Notes: a model not told the origin generated them from the letters alone. A stretch of 64,000 nucleotides of DNA from Thecamonas trahens ATCC 50062 (GCF_000142905.1 NW_013657632.1:221057-285056); one strand, 5' to 3'; counted from the first letter of the stretch, positions 20,836 to 33,320 are shown. Numbers and translations: made by a program.

Positions 20836-21879
20836 ATGGCCACGCCGTCGGCCTCGCCTCAGGCCTCGCCCTTGACCCGCGGAGGAGAGACGATGCGACG
20901 ACCGGAGCGTGGGACGCCACAGGGCATCTCGTCACGGATCACAACAAAGATCCGTGAGTCGCTCAAGGACGGCCGCAGTCTGTCGGTCAAGGCCTCGGTG
21001 GACATGGGCGTGGAGACGGTCTCGTCGCTGCGGACAGCGTATCTGGCGTCGGATCCGTATGTCCTCGGCTCGCTGCGATGCTACCTAATGTTCCTGTGGA
21101 CGCTCGCTGCGTCGTACGTCATGAACATATGCAACGAGCTCTCGGATCGGTCGCGGCCGGTGGTACCCGTTCTGGACGATGTCGTCTTCCACATGGTCGA
21201 CCTCGTTGCGTTTCCCGTCCTCGCCGACTACCTCGTCGGCATCCATGTGGCGCTCATGCTGTACATCACAACCTGCTCGTCCATCTCCACCATTGTCTCG
21301 CGGAGGTTCTGGACCATCTACGGCTGCGTCAACCTCATCCGCTCGCTCACCATCACCCTCACGCAGCTGCCGGACCCGTCGCCGCGCTGCGATTTCCACC
21401 CCGACTCGGTCGAGCGTGGCAACATCTGGGTCCGCGGCCTGCGCATGCTCTTCCCTCTCGGAGTCATTACCTGCGGCGACCTCATTTTCTCGGGCCACTC
21501 GTGTGTCATTGTCATGACCTCTCTGTTCTGGATCCGCTACCACCGGACCATCCAGGTCGGCCCTGTTGCCTACCTCAAGCGCATTGCCTGGCGCCCGTTT
21601 GCGCTTGCGCTCAAGTACTGGATTGTTGTCCCGACCACGCTCTCGCTCTACTACATCGTCTCGACCCGCCTCCACTACTCGGTCGACGTCTTCATTGCTG
21701 TTTACGTCACCATTGCTGCGGTCGTCTGCTACGAGCGCTTTGTGCGGACGCCGCACCTCCGGGCCCGCTCGCGCATCCTGCTTTGGCTCGAGTCGTACGT
21801 CGACCTCGACGACCATGTCATCCTCAACCAGTACGCTGTCCGGCCCAACACTGCGCCGCTGTGGCCGTTCTGGACATGA
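20836..21879 (+). CDS. Sphingomyelin/IPC/EPC synthase family (PAP2-like) protein
   Basis: TQLPDPSPRC, CGDLIFSGH and HYSVDV catalytic motifs; about 6 TM segments. Confidence 0.9.
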   Translation: MATPSASPQASPLTRGGETMRRPERGTPQGISSRITTKIRESLKDGRSLSVKASVDMGVETVSSLRTAYLASDPYVLGSLRCYLMFLWTLAASYVMNICNELSDRSRPVVPVLDDVVFHMVDLVAFPVLADYLVGIHVALMLYITTCSSISTIVSRRFWTIYGCVNLIRSLTITLTQLPDPSPRCDFHPDSVERGNIWVRGLRMLFPLGVITCGDLIFSGHSCVIVMTSLFWIRYHRTIQVGPVAYLKRIAWRPFALALKYWIVVPTTLSLYYIVSTRLHYSVDVFIAVYVTIAAVVCYERFVRTPHLRARSRILLWLESYVDLDDHVILNQYAVRPNTAPLWPFWT

Positions 21880-21893
21880 GCCTTGCCTCAGCG

Positions 21894-24800
21894 TCACCGC
21901 AGCGCAAAGCCCGGCGCCGAGTTGAGCGCAAGGTCGAACGCGTCGCGCAGCTCGTCTTCGGTCTCGTACGGCGGGAGGAGGAGGATGGAGTAGCAGGTGT
22001 GTGCCGATGGCAGCCGCCGCGATGCCTCTGACGTCTCGCCACCGGCCCGCTGGATGACAAACGGCACCGTGCCGAGCCCGCCGGGCGGCGGCACGTCCGA
22101 GCCGGTGACAAACTTGAGCAATTTGCGCTGCCGCTCCGGGCTCAGAGCCAGGGCGTAGTCCCAGAACCGAGCGACGGGGCCAGACGACGGCGTGTACCCA
22201 CCAGCGTACCGTGTGTTGCTGCGTAGCGCCTCCATGTCCATCGTGTCGGAGCCTGAGAGCAGCTCGGCGAGCTCGTCGGCCGAGAGAACGTGCAGAAGCG
22301 TCGACGAGCCAAACTTGGACGTGGCGCCAAAGCCGGCCACAAACGCCGCAAACGGCTCGGCCACTGCGCCGGCAAGCACCATCTCCACGTACTTGGAGAC
22401 ATAAGTGTCGCGATTGAGCGCCGTCACCGCAATGTCGGCTCCGCCCGGCAGCAGCTCCACCTCACGCGTGCCCGACGGCGACTCGAGCCGCAGCGTAAAG
22501 TTGGCGCAAAAGGTCGACTCGACGTCACCGGCGTAGTCGAGCAGACACTGGAGGCCGTGCGCGAGCTGGGCGTCGAGCTCGCTCAGCTCGCGGAGGCCAA
22601 ACTCGTGGGCCGGCGACGGCTCGCCGCGCAGCTCCGCGAGCAGCATCCGCATCATGTGCGGCGGAAAGTGGACGCCGAGCTGTGCACCGGCATACAGTGC
22701 CAGGCCCACAAACCGCCCGACCGCCCGGTAGTCGTCCAGCTCGCGGGTCGGGCACGGATCGATGGTCACGTACCCGGCAGCGTTGACGACAAAGAGGCCG
22801 GCGGTGTCAGCAAAGAGCTCGTGCGCCACAGTGGTGAAGAGCTCGCGGGTGAGGCCGCCGTCGTCGATGCCCTCCTCCTCGGTGAACTGGATGCGGAGCG
22901 GGAGGCCCGGGTCAGCGTCGATCTCGTCGCCCATTTCCTTGAGCAAGTTGATCATGTCGAGCGACATAAAGTCGCGCCGGATCGGGAGGTGCAGCGCCGG
23001 TGGCTCGATCACCGGGCTGCCCATCGAGAGCGATGCCAGCGCCGCCTGCTGCACTGCTGTGTTCTGCCGGTTCTTAAACTCGGAGCGGAGGAGCGCAGTC
23101 TTGGACGCCAGCGGCACAATGTACGGCGTCTTGCAAACGTTGAACGATGTGGCTCCGAGCCGAGTCGCAGATCGCTTAGCCCCTGTGTACGCCACCGTGT
23201 GGTTGGCCAACAGCGAGAGCGCGTCTGGCGATGGCCGTAAGCTTGCGGCCTCAAAGGCTGAGCTTGGAAGAGCCGCCAGCGCCGACTCGGCCTCTTGCGA
23301 GCGAAGCCCGTTGGCCTGCCACAGCACCGCAATCATGGCGAGCACCTCATGGACGGCGCGCGGAAGCACAGCTTTGATCGGGCGCGCCGGCGCCTGCCTC
23401 TGGGTGTATGGCGAGAGGATGCCGTCAAACGAGGCAATCACAATGCGAACAAGCCGCTGGAACGCGCGCTGTGGGTACAGCACCAGCGTTTCGACGTAGC
23501 TGTCGAGCAGCTTGGGCGGCAAGCCTGCCACGACCTTGCAGAACTGCCCGATCGCATCAAGATACGACGCCGGCGACTCGAGCACAGCCCGCTCGTCAAT
23601 GGCGAGGCCGACAAGGTGCAGAAACCTCAGCGAGTACGCCGGCGAGTCCGAGACCAGCGAACGGAGTGAGCGGCAGAGCCGGAGGACGTGGGCGAGGAGC
23701 GACATCGGGACCCGCGACGCGACCGGCGCGGTGTTGATGTGTTCGAAGAACGTTGTCGCCAGATCGAGATCGAGTTCGTGTCTACAGCTTCCCTCTTCCC
23801 GCGCCACAAACGACATGTTGAGCGTCGGCGGCGAAGCAAAGGCGCCGCGGAGCTCCTCCAGAAACTTTCGCTCATATTCGGGCGTCGGCGTCTCGGACGA
23901 GAGTTCCGAGAGCGCAGCCCACGAGAGCGCCTGAAAATTGACGCGGGTGAGGACCGGAAAAGTGAGTGAAGGCTGCTCGTTTGCATCTGCACCGCCGTCG
24001 CCTCGGCACGCCACCAGCGTCACATCAGCGGCAAGCGCCATGCCGTGAACGCGCCACGACGGCGATTCGGGGATAGGACGCGGAGTGAGGATGAACTTGG
24101 CAGCGTCTTCCGCTGCTGCGCTGGGCGGGGTAGTGTCATTCCCGCCAGTGTCGTCCTTGCAGGTCTCCATCGGCACCAGAGTGCCGTCGTCAACGACAGC
24201 CTCGTCGAGCAGCAGCTGGCCGTGGGACGTCGAGCCGCAGGCCCAGACCACGCCAGACTCGGCCTCCATAGCAAAGAGCGCGGAGGGGCCGAGGGCGATC
24301 GACGACATAGAAGCAGTAAAGGCGGCGATGGCGACTGGGGCCGGCGCATCGGCCAGGGAGCCTTGGCCAAGGACGCCGCGGGCGCCGGCGCCCCAGGTAA
24401 AGACCCGACCCGAAGCGTCGAGAACGGCCGAGGAATCGCCGGCGGCGGCGACAGCGACAATGTCGGAGACGCCTTTGACTCGTGACGGGAACTTGGCGGC
24501 GCGGCCAAGCGCCGACGTACCAAGGCCAAGCTGTCCGTGACGGTTGGCGCCCGCGGCCCAGACTGAGCCATCAAAGTCGCGGAGGAGAACATGTGAGGCG
24601 CCTGCGGCGATGCCGACGATAGCGATGCCGACTGGGAGCGCAACCGAGGCAAACGCCGGCGCATTGTTGGTCGATCCGATGCCGAGCTGGCCGTCTGTGT
24701 TGTCACCGGCGGCAAAGACGGTGCCCTCGTCGGTGAGGGCGAGGGTGAAGTTGGCAGCGGCGATGGCGTCGATGACACGCGGGAGGCGGACGCGCTTCGG

Positions 24801-25163
24801 CTTGGAGACCGCGCCTGGTGTGGCCTTACCAAGACCGAGCTGGCCGACGTCGTTGCGACCCCAGGCAACGAGGCCGCCATCAGCAGTGACAGCGATGTAG
24901 TGCTCCGAGCCCAGCGAGACCTTGGCCACCACAAGCGTCTCAAGGGCAACCATGCGTGTGATGCCATGAGTCATGTCGTCACCCCATTGATATACGGATC
25001 CATCTGCAGTAATGCCCACGCCATGGGTCTCACCCAGAGCCAGAGCCGCCCATTCCTTGCCCTGTGCCGAACCGGATTCACCGGCAGCCTTCGTGAACGG
25101 CGTCAGCTGGGCGAACATGTCGTCACCAGCGGCGACGACCCAGCCCTCATGAGCGAGCGCCAT
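21894..25163 (-). CDS. HERC-type E3 ubiquitin ligase (RCC1 repeats + HECT)
   Basis: RCC1 repeats (WGRNDVGQLG, AGDNTDGQLG) and HECT motifs (EEGIDDGGLTRE, LLKFVTGS, LPSAHTC). Confidence 0.93.
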   Translation of the reverse strand: MALAHEGWVVAAGDDMFAQLTPFTKAAGESGSAQGKEWAALALGETHGVGITADGSVYQWGDDMTHGITRMVALETLVVAKVSLGSEHYIAVTADGGLVAWGRNDVGQLGLGKATPGAVSKPKRVRLPRVIDAIAAANFTLALTDEGTVFAAGDNTDGQLGIGSTNNAPAFASVALPVGIAIVGIAAGASHVLLRDFDGSVWAAGANRHGQLGLGTSALGRAAKFPSRVKGVSDIVAVAAAGDSSAVLDASGRVFTWGAGARGVLGQGSLADAPAPVAIAAFTASMSSIALGPSALFAMEAESGVVWACGSTSHGQLLLDEAVVDDGTLVPMETCKDDTGGNDTTPPSAAAEDAAKFILTPRPIPESPSWRVHGMALAADVTLVACRGDGGADANEQPSLTFPVLTRVNFQALSWAALSELSSETPTPEYERKFLEELRGAFASPPTLNMSFVAREEGSCRHELDLDLATTFFEHINTAPVASRVPMSLLAHVLRLCRSLRSLVSDSPAYSLRFLHLVGLAIDERAVLESPASYLDAIGQFCKVVAGLPPKLLDSYVETLVLYPQRAFQRLVRIVIASFDGILSPYTQRQAPARPIKAVLPRAVHEVLAMIAVLWQANGLRSQEAESALAALPSSAFEAASLRPSPDALSLLANHTVAYTGAKRSATRLGATSFNVCKTPYIVPLASKTALLRSEFKNRQNTAVQQAALASLSMGSPVIEPPALHLPIRRDFMSLDMINLLKEMGDEIDADPGLPLRIQFTEEEGIDDGGLTRELFTTVAHELFADTAGLFVVNAAGYVTIDPCPTRELDDYRAVGRFVGLALYAGAQLGVHFPPHMMRMLLAELRGEPSPAHEFGLRELSELDAQLAHGLQCLLDYAGDVESTFCANFTLRLESPSGTREVELLPGGADIAVTALNRDTYVSKYVEMVLAGAVAEPFAAFVAGFGATSKFGSSTLLHVLSADELAELLSGSDTMDMEALRSNTRYAGGYTPSSGPVARFWDYALALSPERQRKLLKFVTGSDVPPPGGLGTVPFVIQRAGGETSEASRRLPSAHTCYSILLLPPYETEDELRDAFDLALNSAPGFALR

Positions 25164-26192
25164 GATGTCTCGCTGATCGATGTTGTCGTCAGCAAGTCGA
25201 GTTGTAGGTCGATAACGTGTACACCTATGCCGTGTCCTAGATTGGGACAGGTCACGATGTCGTTCCCTCGCTTGCCCCTCACAGAACCCTACCCTTGTAC
25301 TCTGATGCTCTCGCCGTCAAGTATGAGACCCTCTGACACCTTCCAAACTTGGTTTCGTCCAATGGCTGCCGTGGCTACCGTGGCTGTCGGTCATAGGCAA
25401 TCTTCATGAAGGGTAATATGGATGCATGATGGCATATTGCCATGGATGGGCGTGTCTTTTGGTTGTGGTCACTGCCAAGGGTTTGTGTGTGTGTGTGTAT
25501 GTATGTGTGTGTGTGTGTGGTGGTGGGGGGCTGTTTCATGGCGGTGGTAGTGGTGGTGGTAGTGGTGGTGGTAGTGGTGGTGGTAGTGGTGGTGGTCGTC
25601 GGTCATGTCGCCACCATCATGATTCATGATGATTCATGATGAAGTGCATGGTGCAGCACCATCGGGACGACTAGCCTGAATCCAATGCCATGGCCGCCTC
25701 TCCCCTCCCCACTCTTGCTCCTCTTCATAATCCGTACCTACCATCGTGCGCCTCCGCCAGGCCTCCCTCCGGCTGTGACCACCCCCTCCCCCCCCCCTCC
25801 CCCTCCTACGGTGTGGCTTTCAATTCGGTCAGCAAAGGCAAAACAGCCGCAGAATCAAAGGCCAGGGGCCCCTTACCCCTTCTCCTCCCCCCACCACCCG
25901 CCACACCTCACCCTCATCCACCCTCACCCCATACACGCNNNNNNNNNNNNNNNNNNNNNNNNNNNNNNNNNNNNNNNNNNNNNNNNNNNNNNNNNNNNNN
26001 NNNNNNNNNNNNNNNNNNNNNNNNNNNNNNNNNNNNNNNNNNNNNNNNNNNNNNNNNNNNNNNNNNNNNNNNNNNNNNNNNNNATTACGTACAGCCCCCC
26101 CCAACCGCTGTCATCCCTCCCTCCCCCCCCTCTCTCTCCCTCCACTACACCCAACTCAGTCCCTCCCCCCCCCCTCTATCCCTCAAGCATTC

Positions 26193-28325
26193 ATGAGCAG
26201 ACAGGGGTGGATGCAGCAGTCGCACACAGGGCTCGTGACGGGGGTCTTTGTCCTTGCCCTGGCCCTGGCAGCCGCGCCAGTCGTCTTCTGGCCGCTCGGT
26301 GGCGGGGTGCCCGAGCCGGCTGCCGAGACCCTGCATGGCGTACTGTACGGCCATGGCCTGCTGACAGTGGGAGAGGTCAATGGCACGGCATCCGGTCCGT
26401 ATGCGCTGTTGCTGCATACTATGGGCAAGGCGATGTCGGTGCCGGCGCTGGAGATGGACAAAGCCATGGTGTACGCTGCCGTCCGCGTGGCGCAGATGGT
26501 GGTTGTCACCGCCGCACTTGTCGCCGCCGTCTCATCCATCGTTGTCCTCCCGCTCGCCGGCGTGGTGGTTGTACTGTTTGTCACGGGCGTGGCGTTCAAC
26601 GATGTCATTCTTGCTGCAATGACGAGCCTTGACGAGGGCGCGCTGGTGCTGGCGCTGGGCGTGCTGGCGCTTGCCGGCTTTCTTACCTTTGATGTCAAGC
26701 TGTACGCGGCGTGCTCGGTCCTCGCTGCGTTGCTCTCACCAGCGTACACTGTGCTCCTCGCGCTACAGCTGCTGAGCATGTACATTGGCCTCGAGCCGCA
26801 GCGGTGGCACAAGATGTGGGCCACGCCGCGGTCGACCTGGCTCTCGCCGATCTGCTTTGGCGCGTTAATGGTGATCGGCGCCGACACGGTGGCCACCGGC
26901 GCAACCGACAAGCTTGCGTGGTTCTCGTGGTATGGCAAGCTTGCCTTTGGCTACACCGTTCCCGCCGAAGCATTTGTTGACGGCTCGCAGCCGACGATGA
27001 CCGAGCTACTGTTTTCGGGCAACACGGCGTGCGTCTCTGTCCTGTTTCTGGCGAGTATCGCGCTCCTCCCGTATTTTGGCCCGCGGTGGTGCATTCCGGT
27101 TCCTTACCTGCTCTGGGCAGCTGCACTGAGCAGCTGGCCGAGTTATGCGATCGGGCACGCCGCGCTTGTAGTCTTTGTAGCTGTTCTCACCGTTGCCATC
27201 AGCGTCACCGACATGCTGTGGAGAGTGGTCCTCTCGCGCAGCAGCGCAGCGGAGGCCAGCGACGGCGATAGCGAAGGCCAGGGGGTGTTTGGCGCGCCGC
27301 CGGCGCGGCGGCCGCCGCAACTGCGCAAGGCCAAGAGCTTCAAGCGGCGCAAGCCGCGTGCGGCCGGCTCGTCGTCTGCGGGCTCGTTTTGCGGCTCACG
27401 CGAGGGCGCTGTCCGGCTCATCCTCGCCGTTGCTGGGCTGGCGTATGTCGGCACGCTCCTTGCCGGCGTCCTGCTTTCGACGAGCGCGTCGGCTATGGCG
27501 CAGAACGAGTTCTTTGCCACCAAGCTACCGCGTGCGCTAGCGGGCGCGTCGCGCTCGAGCCGCGGCGACGCGTGCGCTACCAACATCGAGAGCCCTTCGT
27601 GGCTCCTACCAGCCACATGCAAGACGCCGGTAGTGATCAGCCTTGGTGAGCCGCTGTACCCGACGTACTACGCCGAGGTGGTGCGGGCACGGGCGGCCCC
27701 GCAGCCGCACATGGCGCGAATGGTGCTGCCGTTTGAGGTAGGATCGCAGTACGCCAAACTGTGGACAACCCGCAGTTCCGCGGAGGCGGTGGCGCTACCG
27801 GAAGAGCTCGCGTTCGACAGCTTCGACGAGGCTGCGATCGCCGAGATGATGGCGGAGACGAGCACGAGCGCCGCAGGCGTTGACCCTCAATTTCTCGTCG
27901 CGCCGCCGTCGGCACGGATGCGGATCCACACCATGGGCCGCGGCGCCGCCGGTGGCACCGGACGCGAGGTCGAAGAGGTGGAGCGGGTGTTGCGCCTGGC
28001 GTCGCCGCAGCGGGCGGCGGCCGCGCTCCGTGACGTCCAGTTTTTGGTTCTCCACGACCATGCTGCACCGCGGACAGCAACACCTTCGTTGCGCGAGGCG
28101 CTCGCGTACGCCGCGCTCGAGGGCATCAACACGACCGCCATTGTCGACACAGACGCCGACGCCGTGCCGTCGCTCGAGCTTCTGCGGTGGCACGCTGCGC
28201 TCGGCGCCCATCTCACCACACACTATGAGCTGGTGGCACAGGCGCTTGCAGCGGCGCCGGCCCCGATGGCGAGGAAGGACGAGCCTGGTGTCGTTGCCTC
28301 GCAGCTCTGGGTTGCCAAGCAGTAG
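26193..28325 (+). CDS. Multi-pass membrane protein with soluble C-terminal domain, unknown family
   Basis: 710-aa ORF with many hydrophobic segments in the first ~430 aa. Its 5' end is close to an N-gap. Confidence 0.65.
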   Translation: MSRQGWMQQSHTGLVTGVFVLALALAAAPVVFWPLGGGVPEPAAETLHGVLYGHGLLTVGEVNGTASGPYALLLHTMGKAMSVPALEMDKAMVYAAVRVAQMVVVTAALVAAVSSIVVLPLAGVVVVLFVTGVAFNDVILAAMTSLDEGALVLALGVLALAGFLTFDVKLYAACSVLAALLSPAYTVLLALQLLSMYIGLEPQRWHKMWATPRSTWLSPICFGALMVIGADTVATGATDKLAWFSWYGKLAFGYTVPAEAFVDGSQPTMTELLFSGNTACVSVLFLASIALLPYFGPRWCIPVPYLLWAAALSSWPSYAIGHAALVVFVAVLTVAISVTDMLWRVVLSRSSAAEASDGDSEGQGVFGAPPARRPPQLRKAKSFKRRKPRAAGSSSAGSFCGSREGAVRLILAVAGLAYVGTLLAGVLLSTSASAMAQNEFFATKLPRALAGASRSSRGDACATNIESPSWLLPATCKTPVVISLGEPLYPTYYAEVVRARAAPQPHMARMVLPFEVGSQYAKLWTTRSSAEAVALPEELAFDSFDEAAIAEMMAETSTSAAGVDPQFLVAPPSARMRIHTMGRGAAGGTGREVEEVERVLRLASPQRAAAALRDVQFLVLHDHAAPRTATPSLREALAYAALEGINTTAIVDTDADAVPSLELLRWHAALGAHLTTHYELVAQALAAAPAPMARKDEPGVVASQLWVAKQ

Positions 28326-28365
28326 TAGCCAGTAACAACCAGCAACAACCAGCCGCCACAGTAGA

Positions 28366-29556
28366 TTACTCGCCGCGCCGGCGGAGGTCCGAGGTCGCGG
28401 CTGGCGGCGCCGCGGCTGTGGCGCGGATGACGCCATCGGGATGGACAGGCGACACACTGGGGAGCTCAACCACGGCCGGAGCAACCGGCGAGCTGTCGTC
28501 GCTGGCTGACGAGACGTTGTCAGAGTCTGTCGGCGGGGTGATGATCGGGCGCGGTGTCGGCGTCGGCGTCGGCGAGCGTGAGTGGAAGCGGGGTGTGACG
28601 GCCACCGGCTGGGCGGTGGAGCGCGAGGCCGGGCGCACAGAGGCGGCAGGATGGCGAGCCGCCGAGTGGGAGGTCGGCGAGGCGAGGCAGGCAAAGAGGA
28701 TGAGCTTGAGAACAAAAAGAAAGATAAGCTGGTAGATGACTAGGGTGGCGACGCCGATGGCGTACGAGGTGTAGAACCAGTGGTACATAAAGTAGCGGAG
28801 GCCCGAGAAGCGGGCGACGATGAACAGCTTGGCATCGTAAACCTGCAGCGGCGCCGAGAGCCCGACAACGGCCGCGACGACCGGCCCGGCGTCGGCGTCG
28901 TCGACGTACGCCTCGAGCAGCGGAATGGTCAGCTCCTGGGCCTCGTCCAAAAGACGAAAGGTAAGCGGGAGAATGTAGAAGATGCGGTAGGCGAGGCGGA
29001 CGAGGCGCGATCGAAAGTGCAGGATGCCCGGCCGCAGCGCAGCCGCTAGACGCGGGCCGTAGCTGGCGCCAGCCGCGGGAAGACTCGGGTCGTCGAGGGC
29101 GGGCCGGCCGTGGAGCGAGCATGAGACCATAAACGTGCCGAGATCGAGGTTGTGCGGCGACTCGGGGACGCGGAGAACAAGCGCTATATCATAGGCTTGA
29201 CCGGGACGCAGGAGGCGGGTGGCTGGGTCCGGGACAAGCGGCACATCGGCGCGGGCCGAGTACGGCGTGCCGGGTGGGAGGAGGAGCTGCGGATACTCAA
29301 AGTAAACCGGGTTGCCATGCGAGACTTGCGGAATGTACAGGTAGTAGAAGGTCGAGTATGTCCAGAAGGCAGTGGCGGTGACAAAGGCAAGGACGATGGC
29401 GTAGATGGTGGCGTAGACGGCGAGCAGAACCACCCGCGACGCAGCCGTCTGTAGCCACGCCTGTGCCTCGGCTTGCCCAGGTACGAGCCAGTGGAGTCCG
29501 GTCTGCTCAGCCACCCAGTTCCCAGCACGCCGAGCTCTCTCTTGCACAGCGCGCAT
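28366..29556 (-). CDS. BSCL2: Seipin
   Basis: Two TM helices flanking a lumenal domain with GQAYDIALVLRVPESPHNLDLGTFMV and FSGLRYFMYHWF. Confidence 0.9.
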   Translation of the reverse strand: MRAVQERARRAGNWVAEQTGLHWLVPGQAEAQAWLQTAASRVVLLAVYATIYAIVLAFVTATAFWTYSTFYYLYIPQVSHGNPVYFEYPQLLLPPGTPYSARADVPLVPDPATRLLRPGQAYDIALVLRVPESPHNLDLGTFMVSCSLHGRPALDDPSLPAAGASYGPRLAAALRPGILHFRSRLVRLAYRIFYILPLTFRLLDEAQELTIPLLEAYVDDADAGPVVAAVVGLSAPLQVYDAKLFIVARFSGLRYFMYHWFYTSYAIGVATLVIYQLIFLFVLKLILFACLASPTSHSAARHPAASVRPASRSTAQPVAVTPRFHSRSPTPTPTPRPIITPPTDSDNVSSASDDSSPVAPAVVELPSVSPVHPDGVIRATAAAPPAATSDLRRRGE

Positions 29557-29806
29557 GGTGTGGGAGGAGGAAGGGGTGGGTGGGGGAGCAGCTCAGGTTA
29601 GGGCTGGGAAGGAAGGGGTGTTTGGCCGAGGCTGGCTGCCCGAGTGGTGGCGTGGCGGAAGCCGCTTGTGCGACCGGACCAGCATTCGTTCATTCGTTCC
29701 GTTGCGACATGTCGCAATCTTCGGGGAAGGAACAAAAGGGAGACGGTGGCGGGGTGCGACCATCATTGTTGTTGTTTGGTATCTTGCATTCAAAGTGACG
29801 AAATAG

Positions 29807-30873
<1,067 letters not shown>

Positions 30874-31136
30874 GCATCCCCCTCTCGCGTTTGCGAAAGG
30901 CCATTTTTGGCGAGAATACATGATAACCCCATAGTTTTCCCTCTCCTTTCAACCGCAACAAGCAGCCCGAACCGCCATCGCGATGCATGCACCCGCCCAC
31001 TATCGAGTCGTCGGCCAAAGGCCGAGTGCCCGTGCCGCCCCACCAACGGCCTCTCCCACCACGCCACCCCCCACCACGTACACGCACCACCCAACTTGCA
31101 CCACGTCCGGCTTCCTCTCACCCATTCACACACACC

Positions 31137-32615
31137 ATGCACACACGCCCCACTCTTCCTGGCAGGCAGCGGCTGTGGGTGGCAGCGGCTGTGGTCGTCG
31201 CCACCGCACTCCTCAGCAGCGGAGTCAGTGGCCAAACACCTTGCGCCGAGCGCAAGTCGTGCCAGTCATGTACAACAGTCCACTCTGCCACTGACACGCT
31301 GTGTTCATGGTGCGGATCGTACTCGGCCGGTGAGTGTGTGGCGGCCAATGCGCTCTGCCCGCGGTCCAAGGAAGCGCTGACACGTAGCGGTGGCACGTGT
31401 CCGCCGTCGCCGCTCACGATTGTCCTCCCGATTGTGATCCTCTACTCAGTTCTCACCATCGCCATCCTCATCCAGCACGCGTGGGAGGTCAAGTTCAAGC
31501 GCGAGCCGGTGGGCGATGGCCCGTTGCACAACTTTGATCACATGGGCACCCGTGACTCGGCACTTGTCCGCACCATGGCCGAGTCTGAGGAGATCGAGTT
31601 CGCCGACTACGAAAGCAGGCGTGACTCCAACTCGAGGTTTGTGACGCTGCTGTCACTGGCGTCTGGTGCTGTGCTGATGGTCATCATGTTTCAGGAGCGG
31701 ATGGGTCCGACCGCGCTTGTGTTTTCCGTCTCTTTCCTTGGCTTCCTCTCGTTCTCACTCGTCACCAAGGCGCTCTCCAAGCCACGCATCTACATCCTGA
31801 CTCAGGAGCGCGCGGTTGTGTGCCGGCCCAAGTGGTGTGGTGTGTGGGGCCGCGTGTGCAAGGTCTATCTCCCGCGCGAGATGCGGTTTGTCTCGGTCCG
31901 CTCGTACCGCGATGGCCTGGGCTCGGTCTTTTTCACCACCGAGGACGGGCACGACGATAGCCCCGAGGCCATGGAACGCATCACCGGCTTTGACAACATC
32001 CGCCGCGCCGAAGAGGTCTATCGCCTGCTCGCCACATGGCGGGCTCAGCACCGGAGCGAGGCTCCACCGACCGTCGTCAACCGCTCGCCGCAGAAGAAGC
32101 CGAGCGTGGGCGAGCGGGTGCAGACGCTGATCACCACCGTGCTCTTTGTCGGCTTCTTTGGCGCCTTTGCCGTCCTCTTCCTCACTGGCGACGAGAACGG
32201 CTCGTACCTGTGGTACATTTGGGTCCTTGTCCCGTACGCCATCATCTGGCTCGTCTGCTTCATCATCTGGGCCCGCTACCGGCTCGCTCTCAAGCGGCGG
32301 CGATCGCAAGGCTTTATGATTCTTGACACGGCCTTTTCGCCGGCATTGATGCCGGGCGCTCCCGCCGTCTTTACCAACGGCGGCTTTGGGCCGGCGTCGG
32401 TGTCTGATGATGAGTCGGCAACGCTGTCGTCGTCGAGCGTCTCGGTGCTCCATGACGTCCACCTTGAGGTTAAGCCGGGCGGTGAGCCGACGTCTGCCGT
32501 CAAGGTGCCACCGGTCCCGGGCCCAGCCGGCCAGCCGCTCCCGCCGGTTCCGGCCGCGCGCTCGCGATCGGGAACCCGCGACTCGACCTCGTCATGCAGC
32601 TCGAACTCTTTGTAG
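31137..32615 (+). CDS. Membrane protein: signal peptide, PSI-like Cys domain, TM segments, bacterial-PH-like domain
   Basis: CAERKSCQSC...CSWC...C...CP; about 5 TMs; YILTQERAVV...DGLGSVFF...GFDNIRRAEEVYRLL. Confidence 0.7.
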   Translation: MHTRPTLPGRQRLWVAAAVVVATALLSSGVSGQTPCAERKSCQSCTTVHSATDTLCSWCGSYSAGECVAANALCPRSKEALTRSGGTCPPSPLTIVLPIVILYSVLTIAILIQHAWEVKFKREPVGDGPLHNFDHMGTRDSALVRTMAESEEIEFADYESRRDSNSRFVTLLSLASGAVLMVIMFQERMGPTALVFSVSFLGFLSFSLVTKALSKPRIYILTQERAVVCRPKWCGVWGRVCKVYLPREMRFVSVRSYRDGLGSVFFTTEDGHDDSPEAMERITGFDNIRRAEEVYRLLATWRAQHRSEAPPTVVNRSPQKKPSVGERVQTLITTVLFVGFFGAFAVLFLTGDENGSYLWYIWVLVPYAIIWLVCFIIWARYRLALKRRRSQGFMILDTAFSPALMPGAPAVFTNGGFGPASVSDDESATLSSSSVSVLHDVHLEVKPGGEPTSAVKVPPVPGPAGQPLPPVPAARSRSGTRDSTSSCSSNSL

Positions 32616-32633
32616 CCAGCTGGCAAATACATC

Positions 32634-33320
32634 TCATTGTGTCGCAGATGACCGCGCTGTGGCGGCGTGGTACTTGGCCTCTTCAGCCTCGGCCTCGGCA
32701 GCCTTGTCGGCGCGGGCGAGGAGAGCCGTGAGCGCACGGATCTCACGGTCGTGCTGCCGATGCTTGTCGTGGAGCTCCTCGATCTCGGAAGAAATGCCCT
32801 CGGCGGTCTGCTGAAGCTGGTCAAGCTGCGCCTCCTCTAGTGCATTGACGCGGGCGGCGAGGAGCGAGTGAACCGGCGACGACGTGGCGGCAGCGGTAGT
32901 GAGCAGGTGGGCAAAGGCCGGCGAGGGCGAAGAGAAGACAAACTGGTCAAAGGTCTCGCGGAGAACAGGCTTGGACTGAACGATCTTCATGCCGCCGTCG
33001 TCGAGCTCAAAGAGCTTGAGCATGTGGTACATCTCGACGGGCTTGAGCGAGACGTCGCGGAAGTAGACCTTGATGATGATCTCAAACTCGCCCCAGCCAC
33101 GCTCCTCGATCTGGAACGGGTACGAGGTCACCGTCCGCACAGGCTCGGGAAACGAGGGATGCAGATGAAACTCGACCTTGCGGACGTATGCCGCCATGTC
33201 CGAGCCCACGCCACGGACAAAGGCGCACCATCGATGGGTAAACTCCGAGGTCACCTCGTCACCGAGCCACACCGCCACCGTCCCGTAGACAAACGACTTT
33301 GAGATGCGCTGTGGTTCCAT
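32634..33320 (-). CDS. YEATS4: YEATS-domain protein (Yaf9/GAS41-like)
   Basis: THRWCAFVRG, KVEFHLHPSF and EERGWGEFEI, followed by a C-terminal coiled coil. Confidence 0.88.
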   Translation of the reverse strand: MEPQRISKSFVYGTVAVWLGDEVTSEFTHRWCAFVRGVGSDMAAYVRKVEFHLHPSFPEPVRTVTSYPFQIEERGWGEFEIIIKVYFRDVSLKPVEMYHMLKLFELDDGGMKIVQSKPVLRETFDQFVFSSPSPAFAHLLTTAAATSSPVHSLLAARVNALEEAQLDQLQQTAEGISSEIEELHDKHRQHDREIRALTALLARADKAAEAEAEEAKYHAATARSSATQ

